A DNA stretch of 58,702 nucleotides, filler included, from Gonapodya sp. JEL0774 (taxonomy: Eukaryota), in assembly GCA_027604505.1 (NCBI GenBank). It is 2 parts of 2 records of this genome, joined end to end, with 100 filler letters (N's around TTAATTAATTAA, not from the genome) between each part and the next. Parts side by side here need not be neighbours in the genome. Positions count along the whole stretch, not along the records: positions 1 to 29,400 come from JADIIX010000208.1; positions 29,501 to 58,702 come from JADIIX010000209.1. One strand, 5' to 3'. The position numbers and the translations under genes were made by a program. Positions 24,758-35,443 of the stretch are shown piece by piece. Within the stretch, counting starts at the first letter, position 1. Each line of letters begins with the position of its first letter. The notes under the pieces are model-generated. The model did not search any database. It was not told where the DNA came from and saw only the letters and a program-made list of their open reading frames with translations.

Positions 24758-26491
24758 CTACACAATGTCTTGTAGCTCCTCTGCCACCCAGGCTTGATCC
24801 AGAGTTTTCGAGCTCGACACTAAATCCTTCCTTTCGCGAAAATCCCAAGTGCAAAATCCAAGAGCGGCGATTGCGGTTACCAAGAACGTCCCGTTGTTAA
24901 TCTTGTCAAATGCACTCGATATTGTCCAAGGAACTTCTATTTTCATACTGGGGACTTGCAGCATTGTTATCAGCGAAAGGGCATAGAGGCTCAGGAAATG
25001 GGAAGAGAGGAGGGTCGAAAAGGCCGCGGATGGTTGAGTTATTGAAGGAAAGTGACGCAAAATCTTGAGCGGAGAGCAGTTCGTCACAATAAAAGTCATG
25101 TAGGGAACCAACATCGACGGAAAAACCTTTGTACCCCATTGCACAATCGACCGAGCACTGGAAATCATCACACCACCGAGGACTGCAAAACTTGCCGCTT
25201 TTGCGATCTCGTTACGATCTCCTTCATCGAGAGAAGTTAGACGGGACAACCAAATGGTGACGGGATCAGCACCGCGGATGGACTTGGGGGACGCGACGTT
25301 GATAACAGCCTCGGGGCAACATAGAGTGCAGCGCGCTGAGACTTGGGCACGTACGTACCGGTCGATTGATGACCTACTGAGAGTAATCTCATCACGCAAT
25401 ACGCCGCCCAGAACCACCCAAGAACTCCAGATATCCGTCCAGTCAGAGTACGAGAGTATGCTGATCGGAACTGGACAAATCTCGGAATGGGACTTCCGTG
25501 AGACACCGCAAGAGAGGAACTTTTCTACTCACAGCTTCATCTTGCAAGCCACTGAGATCTCTGTTCAGATTTGAAACGATGAAATCGAGGTCCTTGAGTT
25601 CTCTTTCGATGGCCGCTGATACTATGAGAGCAACGACATGTTCACATAGCCACACGGACTTGTGGAGAGAATAAGTAAAACGCACTCGCTTCCGACGTCA
25701 CGAACGGGCTCAATCGTGCGCTCCAATGGGGCTTGGAGGTTCCGATCTCCCTTTCACGTGCTAACAAGAGCTTTGCACGTTTTCGATCGGCAAGTTCTTG
25801 CGCATGAGCAATCCGCCTTTTCAGATAATTGATCTCCGGAAGGGATATCGGACTTTTAAACATTCCTTGTAAGAAGCGGAAGTTCTCTCTAGCAGTGTGC
25901 CTACCCACCAAACGAATGCTGCAAGGGTGGCATATGGCGTCGCGACTGCACCCAGTCCTGAAAGTGCACTCGTCATTACCACTCCCAAGAACGCCGTCCG
26001 AGAACCGACATCGAGGAGGAATACGGAGAGTGGTTCCGGAACCACTTGGAGCACTGTTGTGATTCGCCTGAAGAGGATCTGAAAAGCAATTAAAATGAAG
26101 AGAGCTATACCGAATTTTCCTTCCATGTAAATCAATAGAGCCAGAAACGGAACGGCGAGTTGGATGAAGAACAATTGAATGTAAAGGCATGCATTGAATA
26201 GCTGAGCCAGAATGAAAGGAGTTCTTAGAATCTGTCCTATATGTCCTGTTTGAGCTATTGACTCTCTTTACCGTTTGGAGGAATCTAGTGTAATGAGATG
26301 ATGATGATGGAGAGTCGGCTGGGTTTTTGAACAGGTGATGCGAACTCAACGGTGAACAGGCCAGCAATATCGCATCCCAAGATTATAAATGGCATCATCG
26401 ATGTTACAACTGTTGCTGTTGCGAGGGTCTGTGCTGACCTAAGATAACGTCTCGCCCGCCCATCGCCCAATGGCTGATGGTGTCCATTCAT
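24758..26491 (-). CDS. GPR89: GPR89/Golgi pH regulator (GTG-type) multipass membrane protein
   Basis: SRTAFLGVVMTSALSGLGAVATPY, SRTLTGRISGVLGWFWAAYC, DPVT; multiple hydrophobic segments. Confidence 0.8.
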
Positions 26492-27648
26492 GGTGCGACT
26501 TAGGCTGGTTCGGCAGTGCTGAGACGAGTGCAAGTGGATTCGTTTTTGATGTTGGACTGAATTATCCTTGTTTTCGTGTGAACAGCAGAACAAGTCAGGT
26601 GACCTTTATAATCCACTTATGCGCGACACGATTACCACAGGTGCGTTGTGCCACCTCGCAACAGAAAGGGACCCATCTACCACTAAAAATATCTATCTTA
26701 AGGAGATTCCGAATGCAGAAACAGACGGTCACATATGTGACCTACTCCACAAACTCAACCATCAGGCGCAAAAGAAGAAAACACCACTCCTGGAATGAAA
26801 GAAAAAGGAAAAATCAAAATCGTTTAGTATGGCACTGAAGGATTTAATCCAAGTTTGAAGAACAGGAGAATGCACATCCAAAAATGAGGGGGAAGAAATG
26901 GCATTCAGTTCCAATCACCATAACACAGACAAGGGCAGCAGAGATCAAATTTCAAGATGACAACTTACTGTAGCCAGGAACCTTTGTGGGGAAGATTTGG
27001 GACATGAATAGATCATGTCGGTGGTAACAAACCCCGGAACACTCTCTGTGGTAGAGTGAAAGGGAAGAGAGGAACATAACCATCTTCATCAGCTCAGTCC
27101 AAGGCAGGGCCTCAACAGACTCAATTAGAACAACAATCGAGCTATGCTCTCACCTGGATGAGTGCACACTTGGTATGCTGGAGGGAGCAGTGATGGTGCT
27201 GTTGTAGCTATAGCAGCTGCAGTCATTGGAAAGTTGTCTGTCCCTGCATCATCAAGCTCGAGCTCAGACTCGTTGTCGAGCTGAATGTCCATCATCTCTA
27301 TGTTGGCCATCTTTGCCGTCGCGTCGGCCCTGCCAAGTGCCATGGAATGGGAACAAGCTGATATCAGGCAACTGGATACACCAGGGTCCAGGACAAGGCA
27401 AGTGGTAGATGGAGAGCGGCAAGATGGGTGTATAATCAGTAATTCGAATGAATGGGCTTTATATCCCGGTCAAGGTGAAACCCGCCCTGAGGAGCAGCAG
27501 CTCCTTCAACAATATAATATATTGCGGTGCCAGGGTGCGCTGTAACACTCACGTTGTTTCGTTACAACAACAAGATTGGATAGATTGAGAAGCGGAAGTG
27601 AAATCAACCTGGTCTGTTGCATTATAATGACAATGCTTTAAGTTCGCC

Positions 27649-27756
27649 GCTCTTCGCACGAAACAGTGACGCTTTTGGCTCTTCGCACGAAAGAATGGCT
27701 CACTTTTCGCACGTAAGAGTGACTCAATCTTTTCGCTCTTCGCAGGAAAGAGTCAC
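27649..27756. repeat. Four degenerate ~30-bp direct repeats with core TTCGCACGAAA
   Basis: Cores CACGAAA 27657 and 27686, CACGTAA 27710, CAGGAAA 27743; GTGACTC/GAGTCAC inverted pair. Confidence 0.7.
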
Positions 27757-28856
27757 AGACTGACGCTTTTTGGACAGTGTTTGTTTGCCGCCAACCAATA
27801 ATATTCGCAATACGTCCAATTGCCTCTGTTTCGTACTATATTCGAGACTTTGCCCCCACACATTCCCCCGTTCCATAGCAATAAATTATATTGACCATCG
27901 GTTGACACTCACATACTTTGAGATATCTGTGGGGTAAGAGTAGGAAGGGAAACACGGAGCACCCACACATACAGTATCTGAGAATCAATTGATGATACAT
28001 TATATTTTTATTGAGGCCCTGCCACGTTGACGTATTAAAAAATTATTATATGAGAGCAGTCGGACGTTTGTTGAACATGCACGCTGCACCCGCGTGCATA
28101 CTTCTGCCCCTCCCCTCACAAATCGTCACAGGTGGGATCCAACGTGACGGGAGATGCGGATTGGATCTGACCATTCCATCAATATTGTCACAGTGCGGAT
28201 AGGGATTGTTCGTTGCAGTTCCCTTCCTTTCTTCCTCTTCTCCGCCTGCATTCCCTCCACTTCCGCGCAACGCGAGGCACATTTTTCTGCTCGTCACACC
28301 CTCGAATTGCTTCATCATGCCTTCTTCGCGTCCATCTACCCTCCCGGGGCGAATCGGTCTCTCCAATCAACTTCGGACCAGCGACTCGACCCCCCCCCGT
28401 CTCCCCTGTTTCGACTCCGCTCCTACCTCTGAATCCCGAGTCCTCTGCTTGCCCCTCAGATCGCATTCTTTGTGGTATCTTGCAGTGATTGAATGCTGCT
28501 GACGCAACTAGGGAATCCTCTGAGATATCTCCGTTGGCAAACGGTGCGTAGCAGATTCTGCATGACTGGATCCTAAGAACGACTCAAAAAGTGTGTCGCC
28601 CCCAATTCTCCCCAAATTTGGCATAGGTACGACATATGTGGAATGCTCGTGGGTGGTGCATCCGCAATGAGTAGCTGCCACCATTTTCTTTTTCGGGAAT
28701 GCTTAGATGTGAAATTTCTGAGATACGCTACTCGTATTTGGCTTTGAGCGGCAATCGGCGGTGAGTTGTTCAATACCATTCTGAACGTGCCCCAGGTTGA
28801 GACTAGCCACTTTCTCTTTCTCTGTCAGATCTGGTGTCTTCACAGTCGGCATTCCA

Positions 28857-29192
28857 CCTCTGCGTTTTTATTTGGGCGTATGAAGAATGAGCATCGTGGA
28901 GCGTCAAGGGTCATTGAGCGGGAATAGGTCCACCTAGCTACAGGTTTAATGTGGCCGAGACAGGCACCGAGCGCTTGCATGTACCGGAGATGCCGCGCGG
29001 TGCAGAGGTTGAGAAACCTCTGCGCTTTTATTTGGACGTATGAAGAATGAGCATCGTGGAGCGTTGATGGTGGTTAAGCTACATTTTTAACGTGGCCGGG
29101 ACAGGTACCGAACGCTTGCATGTACCAGAGATGCCAAGTGGTGTGGAGGTTAAGAAACCTCTGCGTTTTCATTTGGGCGTTTGAAGAATTGT
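28857..29192. repeat. Tandem direct repeat, ~140-160 bp unit, about 2.2 copies
   Basis: Unit start CCTCTGCG(T/C)TTT at 28857, 29017, 29158; shared TGAAGAATGAGCATCGTGGAGCGT and CGCTTGCATGTACC. Confidence 0.85.
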
Positions 29193-29400
29193 GATATCAA
29201 GTTGGGGGAGATGGCCCAGGTGGCCTGTGCATGGTCTTCGCTTTGTGGTTGACCACGGTACGAACTGCGGGCCTGTAAAGGGTACGGGGGGGGGGGAGCG
29301 CACAGGCCCCGCGCAGCGGGAGACCCCACGGGGGGGGAACGGGGGAGATAGCGGCGAACGCATAAAAAAGCATAGAAATTAAGGCGCTCGGCGTACAATA

Positions 29401-29500
29401 NNNNNNNNNNNNNNNNNNNNNNNNNNNNNNNNNNNNNNNNNNNNTTAATTAATTAANNNNNNNNNNNNNNNNNNNNNNNNNNNNNNNNNNNNNNNNNNNN
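29401..29500. other. Scaffold gap with artificial six-frame-stop linker TTAATTAATTAA (second small gap 29740-29749)
   Basis: N44-TTAATTAATTAA-N44. Confidence 0.95.
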
Positions 29501-30288
29501 CCCCCAACCCCCCCCCAAAGCACAATAGACGGATCGAGATGACATACCATCATCTATTGCGGAGTAGAATGCGAAAGATAAGGAGCGAGCAGCGATTGCT
29601 GCCAATAATGGAGATATTTGGGACGGGGAAGAGAGGAGAGAGGCAGGAGGGAAGGAGGAAGAATGGGAGGAGAGGGGAGAGGAAAGTAGGGAGTGGAGAT
29701 GGGAAGGCGGGTGGGAGTGGGGGTGTGAGGGGGAGACGGNNNNNNNNNNTGTTGATGTCAGTCTGTGCGTCATCTGTGGCCTCCCTGTGTCCGTGCTGCT
29801 GCGGTGACGTCACTCGGGCTGTCTGTCTGTCCTCTGCTCGTTGTCCCGTGTGTTGGTGGGTGCCTTGTCAGTGATGTGGACAAGGTCTGCCTGGCCCGTG
29901 CTTTCCTTGTCAACCCTCCGCTTTTTGTTTTGTTCTCTCTTTCCAATCATCACAATATTGTAGTAGCATGTCCATGTGGCTTCACTCACTCATTCTTGAA
30001 CGTTCACATATTGCCGATCTTTGTTCCACCCCCATCCAGTCATTAGATCGTCACTATCATCCAAAGTGTCCCGCTATCCAACTCCGAGTTCTGGCTCACT
30101 GCGGGAAACATGGGTTCCCTTTCCCTCCATGACACAATTCAGGAACAACTAATAAGGCCACCCGGGCGCGTATTCGTGAAGGGGATAAAATACATAACAC
30201 GACCATCGAGTCACCATCACGTACGTGAAACAAAACGTCGACGCACAACGGCCATTCGTGGTTTTGGAGATAATAATGTTTAAAAGAA

Positions 30289-30295
30289 TATATAA
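30289..30295 (+). promoter_or_regulatory. TATA-like element at about -30 of the 5S rRNA gene
   Basis: TATATAA located 30-24 nt upstream of the predicted 5S start. Confidence 0.55.
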
Positions 30296-30318
30296 TTTAA
30301 AAATGAGGTATCCATGGT

Positions 30319-30437
30319 AACTACGGCCATATGCACGGAAAAGTGCCGCTTCCCGTCCGATCAGCGCAGCGAAGCCCGTGACAGCCCAGTCAGTACTAGC
30401 GTGAGAGATCAGCTGGGAATACTGGGTGCTGTAGTTT
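30319..30437 (+). rRNA. 5S ribosomal RNA gene (dispersed copy)
   Basis: ~119 nt; CTACGGCCATA...CCCGTCCGATC...AGTACTA...CTGGGAATACTGGGTGCTGTAG match eukaryotic 5S; helix I AACTACGGC/GCTGTAGTT, helix II CACGG/CCGTG, helix V GCCCAGT/ACTGGGT; TTTT terminator. Confidence 0.92.
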
Positions 30438-30838
30438 TGTAGTTTTGTTGACTCGTTGTTTATTGTCATTTATACTTTTGTTTTTTTTTGGACACTAATG
30501 TGCGGAAATCGAGCAAATCAAAGTGATCAACCGTGTGCGGAGCTGGTTGATCGTTCGACGTATTGGTTCACTTTGCTATTTCTGCTTGCGCCGCCCCCGC
30601 CCGCCGCCGCGCACCCGCCACTGATGGTACGTACAGACCCCATTTCCCACGTTTTTTGATCCGAATCCAATCATGTAGTGAGCGGGACGCACGGAGAGAC
30701 GCAGAGGTGGCAGGTGGCAGATGGTGGGGTGGTGGGGTGGGTAGCGGCAGATGTGTGATACATACGATTTTCAGCTGGTTGGAAATTAAATTTTAATCGA
30801 TTGATAATTGATTGATTTGTAGTGGGCATTTTTTCTAG

Positions 30839-31708
30839 CTCGCGGGTAAACTGGAATGAATTGATTCAGTCGCGCATTGACTGTAAGTGCCCAGGGGATC
30901 CCATTCCACCGAACCAGCTCATTCCCCCCACTCCTACGCCTGCCACCCCCCATGGGCATCCACCCCCACCCACCGTCCATCACGCCACCCTTTGTCTGAA
31001 CTTTTGTCCCTCCTCGCCTCGGTCCATGTCCACGTCGTCGACACCGCGGTCTGTTCCTACGCCCGGTTCGTGTCCACCAGGCACGCACGACATATACGTG
31101 TCGAGTTCTTGGCGGTGGTGGAAGAGTTGGAACGGAGTTTAGTGGCCGGCGAGGAGCCGCGGGGTCCGTGGGAAACCGCTGACACGGACGTGTCCCCCGT
31201 CCCCCTTGTCCGCTCCGTGGACCATCTCCTCTCGACCCTGTCGACCCTCGAGACGGCCCACTACGCGACCAAGGCGACTGCTCGGGGTACGGGAGTCCTC
31301 CTTGAGGGGGGTGTGGGGGACCGGGTGGGCGCAGTGGGGGTGGTGGCCGGGAGTGGGAACCTGGCCAGACTCAGGGGGACGGTGGACGAGGTGATGCGGA
31401 GGGTGGACGGGATTCAGACGGGAAAGAGTGATGGAGGGCAAGGGGGGAGTCGCGGCGGGCGCGAGCGAGGGGAGAAGGAGCTGCAGGCGCGCGGGGTGGG
31501 GGTGGGAAGGGAAGGGGGAGAGGGAGAGGGGGAGGGACTGGTGGGACAGACCACCACGCCCCAGACCCTCGGCGAACGACGCGCCAGGGCCTCCTTCCCA
31601 AACCTTCGTGCCATGCTTGAGAAGAAGGATCTCTTGGACTGGATGTGTGGGGACGATGGGGGGGAGCGGAGACGAGGGGGGCTGGTTAGCCTCGTCGGCA
31701 TGATGTGA
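30839..31708 (+). pseudogene. Possible degenerate gene or gene fragment (GC-rich ORF with upstream mini-exon)
   Basis: 273-codon ORF lacking a clear start; upstream exon-like SRVNWNELIQSRID with GTAAGT donor would join in frame only via a non-canonical CGG acceptor at 31020-31022. Confidence 0.25.
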
Positions 31709-32940
31709 GGTATGTGTGAAGGGCGTCAGAAACGGCAGACACGGGAGATCGAGGATGATCCGACATATCCCGAGCGTGCGAATGGTGCCGAGAACTAAAG
31801 GGGCGATTTGGTGGGGCCCTCGGGTGACCACTGACACCACACCGTTTGAGGCCTTAATACGCCCTTTTCTGCTAGTACGGTACATGTGAAGCGCGACTCT
31901 TTGACGGTGTAGACTGTAGTTCAGGAACCCTATACCACGCCGGCCTTCATGACCCGCACACAGTGACATCCCTCAGAGATCGAGCGCATATCCCAAATGG
32001 TACACACGCTTCGACCTCCCATTAACATATTTTCTGGTCCTTGTCGTTTTTCCCGATTCTCCGTTCACGGGGGAGGCGGGAGACAAACGATTTTACCTGA
32101 GGTGACGTCGGACCTGATGAGGTCGGCACCCTGGCGGCAGGTACACACCGCCCCGCCTGAAATGGTGCCAAGTCCGACCGAGATCCTGAAGAGCGGTTTT
32201 TCTCGGATTTTTAGTGGAGCTGTGGAATGGTGTGGGATTGGTGTGGGTTGCGTGTGGGACACGAGGCATAACTTTCCGGAAGCTGCGGTGTTGTAGTAAT
32301 GTGTGCGTTTGGGAGGGTCAGAATCCACCTGAATTTGATGAAGGAGATCACCCCATACGTTCCGTCCTCCACTCTTGTTGTATACTGTACTGTCATCAAT
32401 TATATGTATGTACCAAGACCTCCATGAGCTGTTGGTGAGAGTTATTCTGGAAGAGCCATAATTTATTTTGTACTTTCTGAGCGACTCGGCCGTTGATCAT
32501 ATTGCCGAATGCCTGTGTATGACTTGGAAGGGTGCAATGATACGCTCACAAAGAGTTGGGATCCATCAGGCATCACTTGAAGGGCGATTCACATGCGTCA
32601 TTTCTGCATCTCACATGACGTGCTGTTCTTCCAATCCCGTTTTGTTGACTGTGGAATTGTTACGCTTTTCATGCGGCGGCCGGGAATGGATGAGAAGAAG
32701 CTTCGACCCCACGCCGCCGACCAAAGTGTTGGCGCACCGCACAGTGATGAAATATCATCACATGATTGCTCGCAAATTTCGCTTCACTCTCTCGAAAAAT
32801 ACATTATGAGAGCGAACGTCGTGCCAAGCTTTTCGGCAGGTTCTCGTGTTTCCGAGGGACACAAACATGCGGTAAGGACCCCGCCATCCGTCCTTTCAAT
32901 TTACTACCTGACCCTGACGGCACATTTATGTCCACTGTCC

Positions 32941-32948
32941 TATATAAA
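32941..32948 (+). promoter_or_regulatory. TATA box of polygalacturonase gene
   Basis: TATATAAA about 85 nt upstream of ATG 33027. Confidence 0.6.
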
Positions 32949-33026
32949 TCAGCACAGATAGCCTCGTGATTGGTATCTCCAGACCACCCCATCATCGTTC
33001 CTCAGCTCCGACACACTCACCCGACG

Positions 33027-34717
33027 ATGACGATCCGTAGCGCCGTTCTCGCCCTCGCCTTGGCCATTTTTATGGCTTCTAGTGCTTCCGCGGCAGTGAG
33101 TTTGTGGGGCGCATGTGACCATGAGCGATTGACTGGCTCTGGATAGCACTGGGGGATACGGAATGGAGATGGATGATGATTGATTTGTTCCCATGCTCCT
33201 CCGTCCCCCCACCAGACATGCACGATCAAATCTTCAACCGACGTCGCCGGGTGTCTCTCCTCCACCGACATCACCATCCAAGGTCCCTTCACGGTTCCCA
33301 AAAACGCCGTGATCGACATGTCGGGACTGAAATCGGGGACCAAAGTGACGGTCAAGGGCACCATCACCTGGGCCGCGGGAACACTCGACAAGTCCCACTA
33401 CCTCTTCACCATCGGCGGGTCTGGCGTCACCTTTGACGGGACGGGTGCCACGTTCGACGGGAACGGTGCCAGCTACTGGGACGGACAAGGGGGCAACGGC
33501 GGCGTACCAAAGCCAAAGATGTTCAGGTCGACCTTGACGGGAACCTCGGTCGTCAAGGGGATCAAAATTCTCAACGCACCCGTGCACGTGTTCAGTATCG
33601 GCGGGTCTGACACCACGTTCGATTCCATCACAGTGGACGACTCGGCCGGGAAGAGCCTCGGGCACAACACGGACGCTTTTGGTGAGATTCTTTCTTGTCA
33701 TTGCTCCTCGTGTGACCTTTGCGTGTTCTCGTATTTGCGTGTTCACACCGCTCGGGCCCCGTTTGCCTTCCCACACCGCGCAGACGTCTCCGCCAGCAAC
33801 ATCATCATCAAGAACTCGATCGTGGTAAACCAAGACGACTGCTTAGCCATCAATTCTGGTAGTAACATTCAGTTCATCAACAACCAGTGCACAGGTGGGC
33901 ACGGTATCTCCATCGGGTACGTTGGTGCGATGTCCATTTTTGTCGGTGCACGCCAAAGGTCAGAGGTGCTGACGATCATATCTCTTTCATCTATTTTTTT
34001 TTTTTTTTGGTGGGGGATCATTCCGTTATAGCTCCATCGCATCGGGAAAAACTGTCCAAAACGTTCTTGTCCAAAACTGCATCGTGAGCAGTGAAGACAA
34101 TGGTGGGTCCACCGACCGCACCACCACTCGTCCCAGATGCTCACTCCTGTTCTCTTTCACTCCTGTCTCTCTTCTGCCACCTTTCTATTTGCTTCCACTC
34201 ACACACCTTTCCCCCGGCCGTGCCCGGTTTTGTCACCCCTCCACGTTGACTCCAAAGGTCTCCGCATCAAAACTATCGTGGACGCCACGGGCGGGTTCGT
34301 GAAGGACATTGTGTGGAAGAACGTGACGCTCAAGAGCATCAACAACTATGGGATCGTCATCCAGCAGGACTACTTGAACGGAGGTTCGTTTGTCCGTGCG
34401 GGGGGGTTGGGGTGCGGCATGCACACTTGCGTGCCGGAGTATATTGACCAAATGTTGCTCTCCACCACCTCACGCCACCTCCCAACCACCCTGGATCACC
34501 AAATCCAACAGGCCCGACCGGCAACCCCGGCGGCGGGATTCCCATTTCCAACGTAACGGCCACCGGTGTTACCGGCACGATGGCCTCTGGCGCCAAGGCT
34601 AACATCTACATCAACTGTGCGTCGGGAGCGTGCACAAAGTTCACGTTCACGGGGGTGTCTATCACGGGAGCCAAGCCAAACTGTACAGCAGCGAGTCCGC
34701 ATCCGTCCGGGTGCTAG
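33027..34717 (+). CDS. Secreted GH28 endo-polygalacturonase (6 exons)
   Basis: Signal peptide MTIRSAVLALALAIFMASSASAA; catalytic motifs HNTDAFD, NQDDCLAINSG, GGHGISIGS, GLRIKT; YWDGQGGNGG. Confidence 0.95.
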
Positions 34718-35443
34718 AGCGGGGCGGGCGCGAGAGATGTCAGGTGGGGGCTTGACGAGTGTATTTATGGGAGCTGGTCAAGCCATGGGTCCAAGGCGTC
34801 GGAGGTGTGTGAGTGTGTACTTGTGAGGGGCTCATGTATGTATATATGTATGGTTTTCCAGTTGCCCAGCCCACCCACTGTACGGAAAAAGTTTTATCAA
34901 GACAGGGATAGTGGTTCCTATCGATGTACGGACAGAGCCACAGCCGCAGTGTTTGTTTTACTGGTTTCTCGTACGTGATGAGCGACACGCTTACATAAAT
35001 ACGGATGTTACCCGAAAACTCGAACCTGCTCCTTCATAGTGTGCGCGCAAGGGACCGCGGTTGAGTTGTATGGGATGGACCAGATCCCTTCTCGGTGCCA
35101 ATGTCCAATGAACGATTTTGAAGTCCACACATGCCTCCTGTCCCGACGGAAAGATTTCGTCCTCCATTATTTTATGATAAATGCAACTTGCTTGAATGAG
35201 AATGGTTTCCGGAGAACGGGAAAAGGCACCACAAAATATTAAAGAAGCGTGATGCAGGATGGTATTAGGGGGAGCTCTTATTATCGCAAGCAAATTTTGA
35301 CTGTTGCCTGGGGCAGCTGCTGGGTTCATTTTGATCGGGACTTGGGACTTGAGGGCCAGTCTTGAATTGCGATGCCAGGCCCACTACCGCCCACGGTGAC
35401 CCCTGCTCTAGTCAAAGCGATTAAGCATGCAGCAGGTGCATCC

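Noticed and set aside
22273..26491. LOG next to GPR89/GTG as a 'phytohormone' (cytokinin/ABA) cluster
   Set aside because: GPR89 is a pan-eukaryotic Golgi protein; convergent adjacency is most simply coincidence
27649..27756. CRISPR-like repeat-spacer appearance
   Set aside because: Repeats short and degenerate, spacers related to each other, eukaryotic context, no cas genes
29445..29456. Palindromic TTAATTAATTAA inside N-run
   Set aside because: Artificial six-frame stop linker from scaffolding
29500..29740. Purine-rich GGA/GAG tract ORFs
   Set aside because: Low-complexity sequence between assembly gaps
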